Counted from the stretch's first letter, positions 48,211 to 58,073 are shown. The stretch: 64,000 bases of DNA from Planctomycetes bacterium GWF2_41_51 (GCA_001825665.1 MHXZ01000018.1:972-64971); one strand, 5' to 3'. A program made the numbers and translations. The notes: generated by a model not told the origin, from the letters alone.

Positions 48211-49533
48211 ATGACTGACAGTTTTAAAAAAATTATTCCGCAAAATGATAAACAGGCTTTCTGGTTATCGTTTTTTTTATGCCTCTTTTTTAGTTCAATC
48301 ATTATTTTTGTTGTTGCACCTGTTACTGGTTTGAGTAAAAATTTCGGATCGGGAAACGATGGTTATATTCAAATTGCCAGAAATTTCGTTGCCGGGAATG
48401 GTTATGTTTTCGAGAAAGGCGGGCCGCCTGTGTTTCACCGTCCTCCAATGTACCCCTTATTCCTTGTACCAGTTGCATTGTTTCCGGAATATTTACAACG
48501 GTATATTATTATTATTCCGCAAAGCATTCTCGTAGGCTTTATAGGAATGATGATTTTTAAAATTGCAAGGCAGTTGTATAACCAGAATATTGCATCGATT
48601 GCATTGCTGCTTTTCCTGATTAATCCCTGGGTTTATTGGAACGCTAAAAATCCAATGACCGCAATTTTACAGACCTTTCTTTATTTGATATTTACATATT
48701 GCGTTGGTAAAAATTTATTTGCCGTCAATGGTTTTAAGCCATATCGTTATGGTTTATTTCTTGGATTGTCAGGCGCAGCTTTGATTTTGTCTCACGCCGC
48801 AATGCTGCCGGTGGCTATATTGTTGATTGGAGTAATATTTTTTGTGTCTGTATTTAAATGCCCCAAAAAGATATATACGGCAGTAATTTCGATTGTGCTT
48901 ATTGTCATTCTTGTCGCTCCCTGGACATACAGAAACTGGATTGTATTCCAAAAGTTCATTCCCGTTGCGGGCGGCGGTGGATTAGCTTTCTTCAACGGAA
49001 ATGTTCATTGGCAGGGCGTTGAAGAAGGACCGCAAAAAAAAGGAGAATCTTATATTGATGCCAGCGCAAGGGTAATCGGAATCGATGGTAACGAAGCGAC
49101 ATTGACTCACTGGAAGGGATTTAAGAATATCGAGCACGAGCAAATCGCAAATCAACAGATGACCGAATTTATAAAAAATAATCCAGGATTATTTGCCAAA
49201 AAAATTACATTAAATGCAATTGAATATTATTTCCCAGCATTTACAAAGAATTTCCTTGCGATAAAATCGGTTACAATTGAAAGCTGGGCTTTATCTCTGT
49301 TTCATTTGTTTTTATGGATTACTGCCTTAGCTGGTGTTTTCTTTTACAGAAAAAAAGGATTGCTTCTTATTCTGTGTATTATACTTTACGATATCTGGTA
49401 TTTCCCATTTGCAACTTTCATTGGCCATTCCCTCTACACGCTTGGCACGATTCCTTTTCTTTCTATTCTTGCCGCAGCCGGAATTATCAGTTTATTCCGC
49501 CTTTTCTCGTCTATTTCCGCTCGTTCCCGCTAA
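48211..49533 (+). CDS. GT-C fold glycosyltransferase (ArnT/PMT, GT39/83-like)
   Basis: Multi-TM protein with a first-loop motif (FHRPPMYPLFL). Confidence 0.6.
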   Translation: MTDSFKKIIPQNDKQAFWLSFFLCLFFSSIIIFVVAPVTGLSKNFGSGNDGYIQIARNFVAGNGYVFEKGGPPVFHRPPMYPLFLVPVALFPEYLQRYIIIIPQSILVGFIGMMIFKIARQLYNQNIASIALLLFLINPWVYWNAKNPMTAILQTFLYLIFTYCVGKNLFAVNGFKPYRYGLFLGLSGAALILSHAAMLPVAILLIGVIFFVSVFKCPKKIYTAVISIVLIVILVAPWTYRNWIVFQKFIPVAGGGGLAFFNGNVHWQGVEEGPQKKGESYIDASARVIGIDGNEATLTHWKGFKNIEHEQIANQQMTEFIKNNPGLFAKKITLNAIEYYFPAFTKNFLAIKSVTIESWALSLFHLFLWITALAGVFFYRKKGLLLILCIILYDIWYFPFATFIGHSLYTLGTIPFLSILAAAGIISLFRLFSSISARSR

Positions 49534-50677
49534 TTCCCGCATTTTCTTTCTTAATCGCTCCTCTTAATCCTTCCATTTTTAAATACCCCTTCCGCCAAAT
49601 TATTAGTGCCGATAACGTGAAAACAACAACATATACTATAACCGCGTATCTGGTTCTTATCTGGCTCATTGCCACACCTATAAACGCATACACTCCCGCA
49701 AGCACATAGCAGATGAAAACTGTTTTCTTCAGAGAAAAGCCTCGGTCAATCATCTGGTCGTAAATATGCCCGCGATCTGATACAAAAAGCGGTCTCTTAT
49801 TCAGCCATCTTCTTGCCAGTGCCACCGCGGTATCAAGTATCGGCAGCCCGAATACGACCAGCGATGCAAGCCACCATCTTGGATATGCCCGTGCGAATAA
49901 CATCATTATTGCCGCAACAATAAAGCCCAGCAGCATACTCCCCGCATCTCCCATAAATATTTTTGCGGGTGCTTTGTTAAAAGGCAGAAAACCGCAAACC
50001 CCTCCCACAAGCGAAAGGCATACTATCATTCTCACCGGGTCACGTACCTCGCTCCAGCCCCACGTTGCAAGATGTACAGAAAGGAAAAGCAGAGCGATTG
50101 TTATAATTGCTGTTACTCCTGCGCATAATCCATCAAGTCCATCGAGAAGATTCAAAGAGTTGGTTGCTCCGAGAACTGTAAAAACTACAATAGGCACACC
50201 TATACCCCATTCAAGCCAATGCGGTAATGATAATCCAAAAGGTGCTAAAAATGGATTCAAAGCCGGCATTATACCTGCCGCTATCAATGGTATTGATGCG
50301 ATTATCTGCCCGGCCATTTTATGCGATGGCCTCAGATTATAAACATCATCGATTAATCCTACAAAACACGCGATCGCAGCGCCTGTCAATACGGACATCA
50401 GCCAGCGGTTCAATGCCGCATCTTTAATATACAATACAGAGGATAATATTCCGATTGCAAATCCTGCCAGTATTCCGATGCCGCCAAGATAAGCTATTGG
50501 TTCTTTATGTGTCTTTACCGTATCATCAGGCTTATCAACAATGCCGTATCGTAACGCAGTTTTTTTGCTCAGCCATGTCCCTGCTGCTCCGCAGATAAAC
50601 GAAATAGCCAATACGGGCCAAAATTGAAATGTCCAGCTCAACGGCCTTTCCGGCCCTACGAAAGAATCGAATATCAT
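49511..50677 (-). CDS. Polyprenyl-phosphate HexNAc-1-phosphate transferase (WecA/MraY family)
   Basis: NLLDGLDGL motif, FMGDAGS, and about 10 TM helices. Confidence 0.8.
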   Translation of the reverse strand: MIFDSFVGPERPLSWTFQFWPVLAISFICGAAGTWLSKKTALRYGIVDKPDDTVKTHKEPIAYLGGIGILAGFAIGILSSVLYIKDAALNRWLMSVLTGAAIACFVGLIDDVYNLRPSHKMAGQIIASIPLIAAGIMPALNPFLAPFGLSLPHWLEWGIGVPIVVFTVLGATNSLNLLDGLDGLCAGVTAIITIALLFLSVHLATWGWSEVRDPVRMIVCLSLVGGVCGFLPFNKAPAKIFMGDAGSMLLGFIVAAIMMLFARAYPRWWLASLVVFGLPILDTAVALARRWLNKRPLFVSDRGHIYDQMIDRGFSLKKTVFICYVLAGVYAFIGVAMSQIRTRYAVIVYVVVFTLSALIIWRKGYLKMEGLRGAIKKENAGISGNERK

Positions 50678-50680
50678 ATT

Positions 50681-51694
50681 TTATTTCCCTGATAAATCTT
50701 TCTCTCTTACCCAGACTTCTGCATCATATCTAAGCATTGCGAGATTGTTTTCAAAGCCGTCGAATTCGATTGATGGTTTTTTACCGATTAGTTGTGCAAG
50801 TATCCACTTCGGAAAATCCGCTCCAGCCTTTATGCTCAATGGTGCTCCTCCGCCGAACCGTGGATTGATTTCTATGAATTTTATTTTGTTGTCTTTTGTA
50901 AGTATTAGCTGTACGGTTATTACGCCCGGACCTGCTCCAAGTTTTTCGACGAGCAATGCGGTCTGTTGCATTATCTGGGAATTTTTTATAATTTTGCTTT
51001 TGCTTACTTCTCCCGCTCTTGTCTCAATTCTAATTCGCGGAACTACACATCGAACTTTCAAGTTGAAATCCACGAAAACATCACAGGTAAACTCTTGACC
51101 TGCGATAAATTCCTGAACGATGCAGTTCGGGATTTTCTTGCTATAAAAAGAAAGTTCCTGACGATTTTTTACGATTGCGTTTCCTCTGCTTGCATATCCG
51201 TCCCATGGTTTTAAAAAGAGAGGATATTTTAATTTTGGATTGCGTAAAGCCTGTTGTGCATTCTGTGTTAAGGGAGTCTCAAAACCATTTTGAATCAGGA
51301 ACTGGTATGTTTCGCGTTTATCCTGACAAATGTTTACAACATCGGGTTTGGAAACCAGCACTGTGCATCCTGCCGCTGAGAATTTATCTTTATTTTCAGC
51401 AAGAATATGCAAATCCAAATCCACCGTTGGCACGATAAGATTTACTTTGTTTTGTTTTACTATTTCCAGCAATTCTTTTATATAATGTTGGTGGTTGACA
51501 GATTTGACGATAAATTTTCCATCGCACAAATGAAGGGCCGAGCTTAATACAGACCTGTCTGTACCGAAAATCTTACAATCGAGTTTAAGCTGTTTTGCTG
51601 CTCTTCTAAAACTATTTAAAAGAGATACTCTTCTGCCTATACATGTGAAAAGTATATTAAAATTCTTGCTTTTTATTTTTTTCTGACTTACCAT
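50681..51694 (-). CDS. ATP-grasp domain protein
   Basis: Pre-ATP-grasp and ATP-grasp pattern: LFLKPWDGYASRG, VQEFIAGQEFTCDV, EINPRFGGG. Confidence 0.7.
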   Translation of the reverse strand: MVSQKKIKSKNFNILFTCIGRRVSLLNSFRRAAKQLKLDCKIFGTDRSVLSSALHLCDGKFIVKSVNHQHYIKELLEIVKQNKVNLIVPTVDLDLHILAENKDKFSAAGCTVLVSKPDVVNICQDKRETYQFLIQNGFETPLTQNAQQALRNPKLKYPLFLKPWDGYASRGNAIVKNRQELSFYSKKIPNCIVQEFIAGQEFTCDVFVDFNLKVRCVVPRIRIETRAGEVSKSKIIKNSQIMQQTALLVEKLGAGPGVITVQLILTKDNKIKFIEINPRFGGGAPLSIKAGADFPKWILAQLIGKKPSIEFDGFENNLAMLRYDAEVWVREKDLSGK

Positions 51695-51800
51695 AACTTA
51701 TAGTACCCAAAAAACTTAGTTAAGTTTAACCCATTATAGGACTATTGTCCATATATTTGATTTCAGTTGTATATATCGACCATTTTTGAGAGATTTTTAA

Positions 51801-52490
51801 GTGATAAAATGTATCGCATTTGATATGGATGACACCCTCTACGATGAGATAGACTATTATAAAAGTGGTTTCCAAGAGGTATCCCGCACGATTGCGTCCG
51901 ATTTTGGCCTAAATGCCTTGGATGTGTTTGACACCCTTTGGACTATTTTTAATGGCGGTAACCATAATGCGGCCTTTGACGCAGCGGCAAAAAAATTCGG
52001 AATAGTTTTCGATGATAATTATACCGCCAAACTCGTTGATATCTTTCGTAATCATAAACCTGATATTGCTCTTCCTTCCGACAGCAGACAGGTTTTAACG
52101 GATTTGAAAAAGCACTATAAGCTCGGATTGGTAACTGATGGCTGGCTTCCCGCTCAGGAATATAAGGTAAAAGCATTGGGGCTTGATGAATTTCTGGATT
52201 GCATTATATACACCGAAAAACTTGGTGCAGAACACTGGAAACCTTCGCCCAAAGGTTTTGAAATTTTATTATCTGATGTTGGAGTATCTGCTTCTGAAAG
52301 CATTTATGTTGGTGATAATCTTAAAAAAGATTTCATAGCGCCAAATGAAATGGGCTTTAAAACAATTTGGATTTCACGTAAAAATAAAATCCATTTGGAA
52401 CCCGCTCCTTCACCCCAGGCAGTTCCGCAATTTGAAATTCAGTCTATAACGGAATTGATTGATTTATTGAGAAAAATTAATGCTGTATAA
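51801..52490 (+). CDS. HAD-superfamily hydrolase
   Basis: FDMDDTLY motif I, LVTDG motif II and VGDNLKKD motif III/IV. GTG start. Confidence 0.7.
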   Translation: MIKCIAFDMDDTLYDEIDYYKSGFQEVSRTIASDFGLNALDVFDTLWTIFNGGNHNAAFDAAAKKFGIVFDDNYTAKLVDIFRNHKPDIALPSDSRQVLTDLKKHYKLGLVTDGWLPAQEYKVKALGLDEFLDCIIYTEKLGAEHWKPSPKGFEILLSDVGVSASESIYVGDNLKKDFIAPNEMGFKTIWISRKNKIHLEPAPSPQAVPQFEIQSITELIDLLRKINAV

Positions 52491-53085
52491 ATATTTAAAA
52501 AGTTTGTTTGATTTTATGTTCTCTTTAATTGCAATTCTAATATTGTTGCCGGTATTCGTCTGTTTAATTATTTTGATTAAAGTAACCGGCAGGGGACCGG
52601 CTATTTTTAAACAAATTCGTGCCGGAAAAAATGGAGAGCCTTTTACCTTTTATAAATTCCGCACCATGAAAACCGATGTCGAGCCGTTTGGCCCAAGCCC
52701 CAAAACCCGCCAAGACCCAAGATTGACAAAAGTTGGTATTTTCCTCAGAAAATACTCTTTTGACGAACTTCCTCAGCTTTTTAACGTATTAAAGGGCAAT
52801 ATGAGTCTTGTTGGACCAAGGCCTTTGTACATTTCGCAAATAGCTGAGTGGAACCAACAGCAGAAAAAAAGACTTCTTGTAAAGCCCGGTATTACAGGCC
52901 TCGCCCAAATTAATGGCCGAGGCGAACTTACCATCGAAGAGAAGCTTGCGTTTGACGTTGAATATGTAGAAAAAATTTCGTTTATGCTCGATGCTAAAAT
53001 CGTTTTCTTTACGATTTTGCATGTTCTGACAGGTAAAAGCATTTACGAAAAAAGGTATTCTAAGACGCAGGAAACCAGAGGATAA
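52480..53085 (+). CDS. Monotopic phosphoglycosyl transferase (PglC/WbaP C-terminal type bacterial sugar transferase)
   Basis: KFRTM, DELPQLFNVLKGNMSLVGPRP motifs. Confidence 0.85.
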   Translation: MLYKYLKSLFDFMFSLIAILILLPVFVCLIILIKVTGRGPAIFKQIRAGKNGEPFTFYKFRTMKTDVEPFGPSPKTRQDPRLTKVGIFLRKYSFDELPQLFNVLKGNMSLVGPRPLYISQIAEWNQQQKKRLLVKPGITGLAQINGRGELTIEEKLAFDVEYVEKISFMLDAKIVFFTILHVLTGKSIYEKRYSKTQETRG

Positions 53086-53117
53086 TTATTTTTTGTCATT
53101 TGATTGAAGGAAGTACA

Positions 53118-54263
53118 ATGAAGCCAAAGATACTATCTAAACTGCGGTATGTTACAAAACTTGACGACATTGCGGGCCTTTCCGACTCTGACCGCATCCA
53201 GACAAAAAAAGTTGCGGAAAAATATCCTTTCATGGCCAATGATTATTATCTTTCACTTATCGATTGGAATGACCCAAAAGACCCCATTCGAAGAGTAATA
53301 ATTCCCTGTCCAGACGAACTTCAGGAGTGGGGCAGATTAGACCCTTCCGATGAGCATAAATATACGATTTTGCCGGGTCTGGAACATAAATATAATACTA
53401 CGGCTCTTTTGCTTGTAAGCAGCAATTGCGGCGGTATCTGCCGTTATTGTTTCAGGAAAAGGGTCTTCCTTGATTCCCAACCGGATTATTTGCAAGATGT
53501 TGATGCTGCAATGGGGTATATTTCCGCACATAAGGAAATCACAAACGTTCTGCTAACCGGCGGCGACCCATTGACTTTGCCCACAGAGCGTCTCGAAGAG
53601 ATTATCAGCAAACTCAGACAAATTGAGCATGTGCATATTATAAGGCTCGGAACGCGTATGCCGGTTTATTATCCATACAGGATAACTAAAGATAAAAAAT
53701 TCCTGCAGATGCTTGAAAAATATACTACCGCCCGCAATAAAATATATGTGATGACGCATTTTGTTCACTCTAACGAACTGACAGATGTTGCCGTTGATGC
53801 CTGTAATATGATTCAAAAGACCGGCGTCAGAATGACAAATCAGGTTCCGCTTTTACGCGGAATTAATGATGACCCCGAGGTGCTTGCTAAATTATTCTCG
53901 GATCTTTCTTTCTGTGGTATAGTCCCGTATTATATTTTCCAGTGCAGGCCGTCCAGCGGCAACAAGGCATATACAGTACCCATTGAGGAAGGTTATAATA
54001 TTGTCGAACGTGCAAAAGCGAAAGTTTCAGGTCTTGCAAAACGCGCAAGATTTGTTATGAGTCATTCAACCGGGAAAATTGAAATTATAGGTAAAACCGA
54101 TTCTAATGTTTATATGAAATATCACAGGGCGGCAAATGATGACGACAGCGGTAAATTTATGATTCTTAAAAGCAATCCGAAAGCTTGCTGGTTCGACGAT
54201 TACGAAGAAATTGCCGCCGATTATCCTCTCAGTAAACCTTACAGGCTTTACGGCCCCGAATAA
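53118..54263 (+). CDS. KamA-family radical SAM aminomutase (lysine 2,3-aminomutase-like)
   Basis: CGGICRYCFRKR cluster motif, TGGDPL, and overall KamA-like layout. Confidence 0.75.
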   Translation: MKPKILSKLRYVTKLDDIAGLSDSDRIQTKKVAEKYPFMANDYYLSLIDWNDPKDPIRRVIIPCPDELQEWGRLDPSDEHKYTILPGLEHKYNTTALLLVSSNCGGICRYCFRKRVFLDSQPDYLQDVDAAMGYISAHKEITNVLLTGGDPLTLPTERLEEIISKLRQIEHVHIIRLGTRMPVYYPYRITKDKKFLQMLEKYTTARNKIYVMTHFVHSNELTDVAVDACNMIQKTGVRMTNQVPLLRGINDDPEVLAKLFSDLSFCGIVPYYIFQCRPSSGNKAYTVPIEEGYNIVERAKAKVSGLAKRARFVMSHSTGKIEIIGKTDSNVYMKYHRAANDDDSGKFMILKSNPKACWFDDYEEIAADYPLSKPYRLYGPE

Positions 54264-55639
54264 TGAAAAAATATTTTTCAATAATTATTGCTGTATTCGC
54301 GTCTCAGCTTTTTGCTCTTGAACCGTCGCAGATTCTCATTATTGCAAATGCAGATGTTAATGAATCTGTTCAGGTTGCCGAATATTATTGTCAGAAAAGA
54401 GCGGTGCCTCTGACAAACATTCTCAAAATACCTCTTGGCAAAACATTATCAGAGCAAATGAGTAGAAAAGCTTATGATCATGTTCTTGCTTCTGCCGTAA
54501 GAAAAGAAATTCAGGAAAGCAGAAAACCCTATGAAATCAAATGTCTGCTTACCGTTTATGGCGTTCCGATAAAAGTCGGCTCTGCGGATGCTTTGAAAGA
54601 TTCAGAAAAGATTATCCCGCAGTTGACCGAGGTGCTCACAGAAAAAAATAAAAATTTCGATGCCGCTCTTGACCGTTTGGCAACATTCGGCAGGGCGGAA
54701 ATGGTCGTTTCGAATCAGCCCCGTGAAAAATTTGAAGATGTGATAAAAAGCCTTAATGAAAAAATCAAACAGGCTGAAAAAAGAATTCAGTATTTGGATA
54801 ACGCCAATGAAAGAACAAAACAGCTTGCCCAACTATCAGAACTTTCAAAAAATATTATAGAACTCGCCAACTCAATTTCCCGCATAAAAACGGAAATCGA
54901 CAAATACAAAGGCGTCGAAACTTTCGCTTCGATTGACAGCGAGCTTTCAATGGTGTTATTTGACAATTACGATTTATACCGCTGGCAGGAAAATGAGTTG
55001 AAAGATTCGATTTTATTGCTTCCTTCAAAAACTCTGATGGTCGCACGGCTCGATGGCCCATCTGAAAAAATTGCCTCCCGTCTCATTGATAAAGCAATAG
55101 CATCAGAAAAAAACGGCCTTTCCGGTAATGCCTACATTGACGCAAGAGGTATGAACATCAGCGGTCAGTTGTCAAAGTATTCGTATGAATTTTATGATAA
55201 AAACCTGAATACTTTTCATGATATGCTTAAAAATCGTACCGCGATGAATGTTATTTTCGAAAATACATCCTCACTTTTCGCTCCAAATTCCTGTCCGAAC
55301 ACCGCTATTTACTGCGGCTGGTACAGTGTAAAAAAATATATCGATTCTTTCGAGTTTGCTTCCGGCGCGATTGGATATCATATTGCCAGTTTCGAAGCAA
55401 TGGATTTGCGAAATGCCTCAAGTTCGAATTGGTGTCCCTCAATGCTTACCCACGGAATTACCGCGACTTTAGGCCCTGTCAACGAGCCATATCTCCATTC
55501 ATTTCCGCTGCCTACCGATTTTTTCGGTGAACTGCTCGATGGCAAATGTCTGGTTGAAGCCTACTTCAGAACAAATCCGTATAATTCATGGCAACTCGTT
55601 CTCATCGGCGACCCGCTCTACAAAATCAAAATTAAATAA
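54263..55639 (+). CDS. Hypothetical exported protein
   Basis: Signal peptide. The C-terminal GPVNEPYL...SWQLVLIGDPLY block recalls a conserved uncharacterised family, but the assignment is not certain. Confidence 0.35.
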   Translation: MKKYFSIIIAVFASQLFALEPSQILIIANADVNESVQVAEYYCQKRAVPLTNILKIPLGKTLSEQMSRKAYDHVLASAVRKEIQESRKPYEIKCLLTVYGVPIKVGSADALKDSEKIIPQLTEVLTEKNKNFDAALDRLATFGRAEMVVSNQPREKFEDVIKSLNEKIKQAEKRIQYLDNANERTKQLAQLSELSKNIIELANSISRIKTEIDKYKGVETFASIDSELSMVLFDNYDLYRWQENELKDSILLLPSKTLMVARLDGPSEKIASRLIDKAIASEKNGLSGNAYIDARGMNISGQLSKYSYEFYDKNLNTFHDMLKNRTAMNVIFENTSSLFAPNSCPNTAIYCGWYSVKKYIDSFEFASGAIGYHIASFEAMDLRNASSSNWCPSMLTHGITATLGPVNEPYLHSFPLPTDFFGELLDGKCLVEAYFRTNPYNSWQLVLIGDPLYKIKIK

Positions 55640-56351
55640 CCTTTTTCCGAAGACTGAACTGCATGATAATAAGTGTTAATAAAATAGATGTCAAAGCCAG
55701 CCGAATTTCCTGATTTCCGAGCGGCTTATCTGTAGCCGCCGCATATATTTTTACAATAACGATCGATGCGAAGGGACACAAAAAAAATAAGAAAAAATCT
55801 TTCAGTTTTCTTATATTTAGTTTGCGAATATGCAAAAGATACATTGACCATAAAATAGTAATCACTGCAAACCCGGCCAAATAAAAAATATCCTCAACAA
55901 TCGACCCTTGTTTTATTAGCTTTGATTTTACAATCGCCGGCAAAAACACCGGGCTTATAGAAAGCAGTACCATAGCCGTGTTATATCCCGATGTAAACGT
56001 TACTATCAGCATCGCCGCGACTGCTCCCAGTGCATCCGATACAAGGTCTAAAGTATCCATCGACCGACCCGCAATAAAATTCTGTGCAAGCTCATCCATA
56101 ATTCCATAGATTGCCAAAATCGCGGATATTATCCACGGCCTTGCTTTTCGCCAGTTGGCTTTTAAGCCGAAGCTGCTTGCCTGCCAAAATAAAAGCCCCA
56201 GAGCCAGATATGCCGCGAAATGCATAGTTTTATCGCTTACGCCCATCTGCCTTACCCACATCGGCACAGGAATATGCGTAATAACAAATAGGCAAACCCA
56301 GTACAGTAAAAGGATTGCCGTAAATACCTTCTTTTCGAGCGTTAGTTTCAT
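55632..56351 (-). CDS. VanZ-like family membrane protein
   Basis: DKTMHFAAYLALG and DELAQNFIAGRSMDTLDLVSDALG motifs. Confidence 0.6.
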   Translation of the reverse strand: MKLTLEKKVFTAILLLYWVCLFVITHIPVPMWVRQMGVSDKTMHFAAYLALGLLFWQASSFGLKANWRKARPWIISAILAIYGIMDELAQNFIAGRSMDTLDLVSDALGAVAAMLIVTFTSGYNTAMVLLSISPVFLPAIVKSKLIKQGSIVEDIFYLAGFAVITILWSMYLLHIRKLNIRKLKDFFLFFLCPFASIVIVKIYAAATDKPLGNQEIRLALTSILLTLIIMQFSLRKKVI

Positions 56352-56423
56352 AATATACCGGAAATTGTTGTTTTTATATCATATTTAGGTATCATAGACC
56401 AGTCGAATTATTTAGGAGTTGAG

Positions 56424-56747
56424 ATGTTTGAGTCTGTTGTAAACGAACTTTCAAAAGAGCCTGTCTGGATGACGATTGGTCTTTTCGGCCAGCTCGTCTT
56501 CGGAGGCAGATTCGTCCTCCAGTGGATTGCCAGCGAAATTAAAAAGCGTTCACACATCCCTGTTGCGTTCTGGTATCTTTCTCTTGTCGGCAGTATTATT
56601 TTGCTCGCTTACAGTTTGCATCGCAGAGATCCTATTTTCATCCTCGGTTTTTCGCTCAACACAGTTATTTATGTTCGCAACCTGCACCTTATCTCTAAAC
56701 ACAAAAAAACCGGCGATATTACTTCAATTGAAAATGACGAAGACTGA
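56424..56747 (+). CDS. Lipid-A-biosynthesis N-terminal (LAB_N) domain membrane protein
   Basis: GQLVFGGRFVLQWIASE..IPVAFWYLSLVGS..LAYSLHRRDPIFILG. Confidence 0.55.
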   Translation: MFESVVNELSKEPVWMTIGLFGQLVFGGRFVLQWIASEIKKRSHIPVAFWYLSLVGSIILLAYSLHRRDPIFILGFSLNTVIYVRNLHLISKHKKTGDITSIENDED

Positions 56748-56759
56748 TTTTTAAGGAGA

Positions 56760-58073
56760 ATGAATATGAAAAAAATATTGTGCGTTTTTGTTTTAATGGT
56801 TTCTTTTTCGGCTTTATGTTTCTCTCAAACTCCGCGTCCTGCCGCTGCCAAACCTTCAGTAACAATGCAGTTGCCCCAGCCTCAAACCAACAGCCGCTTT
56901 TCTCTTGAACAGGCGATAGAAAACCGTCGAAGCATACGCCAGTTTACCGAAGAACCTTTGACAATCGCTCAACTCGGCCAGATATGCTGGGCTGCGCAGG
57001 GCATCACAGAACCGAACAAGGGGATGCGAACCGCTCCCTCAGCCGGTGCTATATACCCAATCGAACTATACGTTGTCCTCCCGGATGGCTTGTATCTTTA
57101 CCGGCCCGCGACTCACGATTTAAGCAAACTCATTACCGGCGATTTGCGCAAGTCTGTTTCAAATGCCTCTTTCAATCAGAGATTTGTCCAGACCGCTCCC
57201 TGCACTTTCATTATCGCAGGCTCAATTAAAAAAGTCGAAGCCAGGTACCGCAACCGTGGTGCGAAATTCACGTACATCGAAGCCGGTCATATCGCGCAGA
57301 ATATTCAGCTCCAGTCCACCGTTCTCGGCCTCGGCTCCGTTCCCATCGGCGTTATAGATGAAAAAACAATCGCACAGATTTGCAAGCTGCCCCAGGGCCT
57401 TGAAGTTTTATATATTGTCCCCGTTGGAAACCCGACCGAAAAACCAGTTCTAACTCCTGCCGCCTCTTCCGCACCAGCTCCCGTAGTGGTTTATCCCTCT
57501 GCTCAGGCTGATTTACGCGCAAAGCGTGTCGCCATCATTATCCCAAGCAGGTATTTCAAAGACAGCGACTATTATGCCGTTGAGCAGGCTCTTACAAGAG
57601 AAGGGGTTCAGAAAGTTATCGCTGGTACAGTTTTAAACGAAGTAAGAGGTATCGAAGTAAGAGGTACTCGAAAAAATATTCTAAAACCAACCGTACTTGT
57701 ACGTGATTTAAAGATAGACGAATATGATGCTTTCGTTTTCATTGGCGGTACTGCCATAGGCGGAAATTTTAATAACCAGGATTTAATCAATCTGGCACGT
57801 TCAGCTTTTCAGGCTGATAAAATCCTCGCTGCTATTTCTGATGCTCCTGTTATTTTTGCTTATGCCGATATCGTCAGAGGGAAAAATGTAACCGCTGCAT
57901 TATCTGAACGTCACAGGCTTGTAAATGCAGGCGCCAATTGGCAGAAATCCCTGCTCGTAACAGATGGCAATTTGATTACCGCTGGAGATTCTGCTTCGGT
58001 GGTCTCAGATATAGCTTCACGTTTCGCAGTCGAGCTTATCGCCCAGCTTCGAAAACAGCGAACAGCAAATTAA
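56760..58073 (+). CDS. Exported fusion: SagB-type nitroreductase-like domain plus DJ-1/PfpI-like domain
   Basis: Signal peptide. RRSIRQF...APSAGAIYPIELYV (SagB/nitroreductase-like). The C-terminal class-I glutamine-amidotransferase-like fold has LAAISDAP at the nucleophile elbow. Confidence 0.55.
   Translation: MNMKKILCVFVLMVSFSALCFSQTPRPAAAKPSVTMQLPQPQTNSRFSLEQAIENRRSIRQFTEEPLTIAQLGQICWAAQGITEPNKGMRTAPSAGAIYPIELYVVLPDGLYLYRPATHDLSKLITGDLRKSVSNASFNQRFVQTAPCTFIIAGSIKKVEARYRNRGAKFTYIEAGHIAQNIQLQSTVLGLGSVPIGVIDEKTIAQICKLPQGLEVLYIVPVGNPTEKPVLTPAASSAPAPVVVYPSAQADLRAKRVAIIIPSRYFKDSDYYAVEQALTREGVQKVIAGTVLNEVRGIEVRGTRKNILKPTVLVRDLKIDEYDAFVFIGGTAIGGNFNNQDLINLARSAFQADKILAAISDAPVIFAYADIVRGKNVTAALSERHRLVNAGANWQKSLLVTDGNLITAGDSASVVSDIASRFAVELIAQLRKQRTAN

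Noticed and set aside
49314-49709. ORFs 49314..49709 and 49334..49567 at the convergent junction.
   Set aside because: They overlap the C-termini of the GT39-like and WecA-like genes in other frames and have proline/serine-rich nonsense-like translations.
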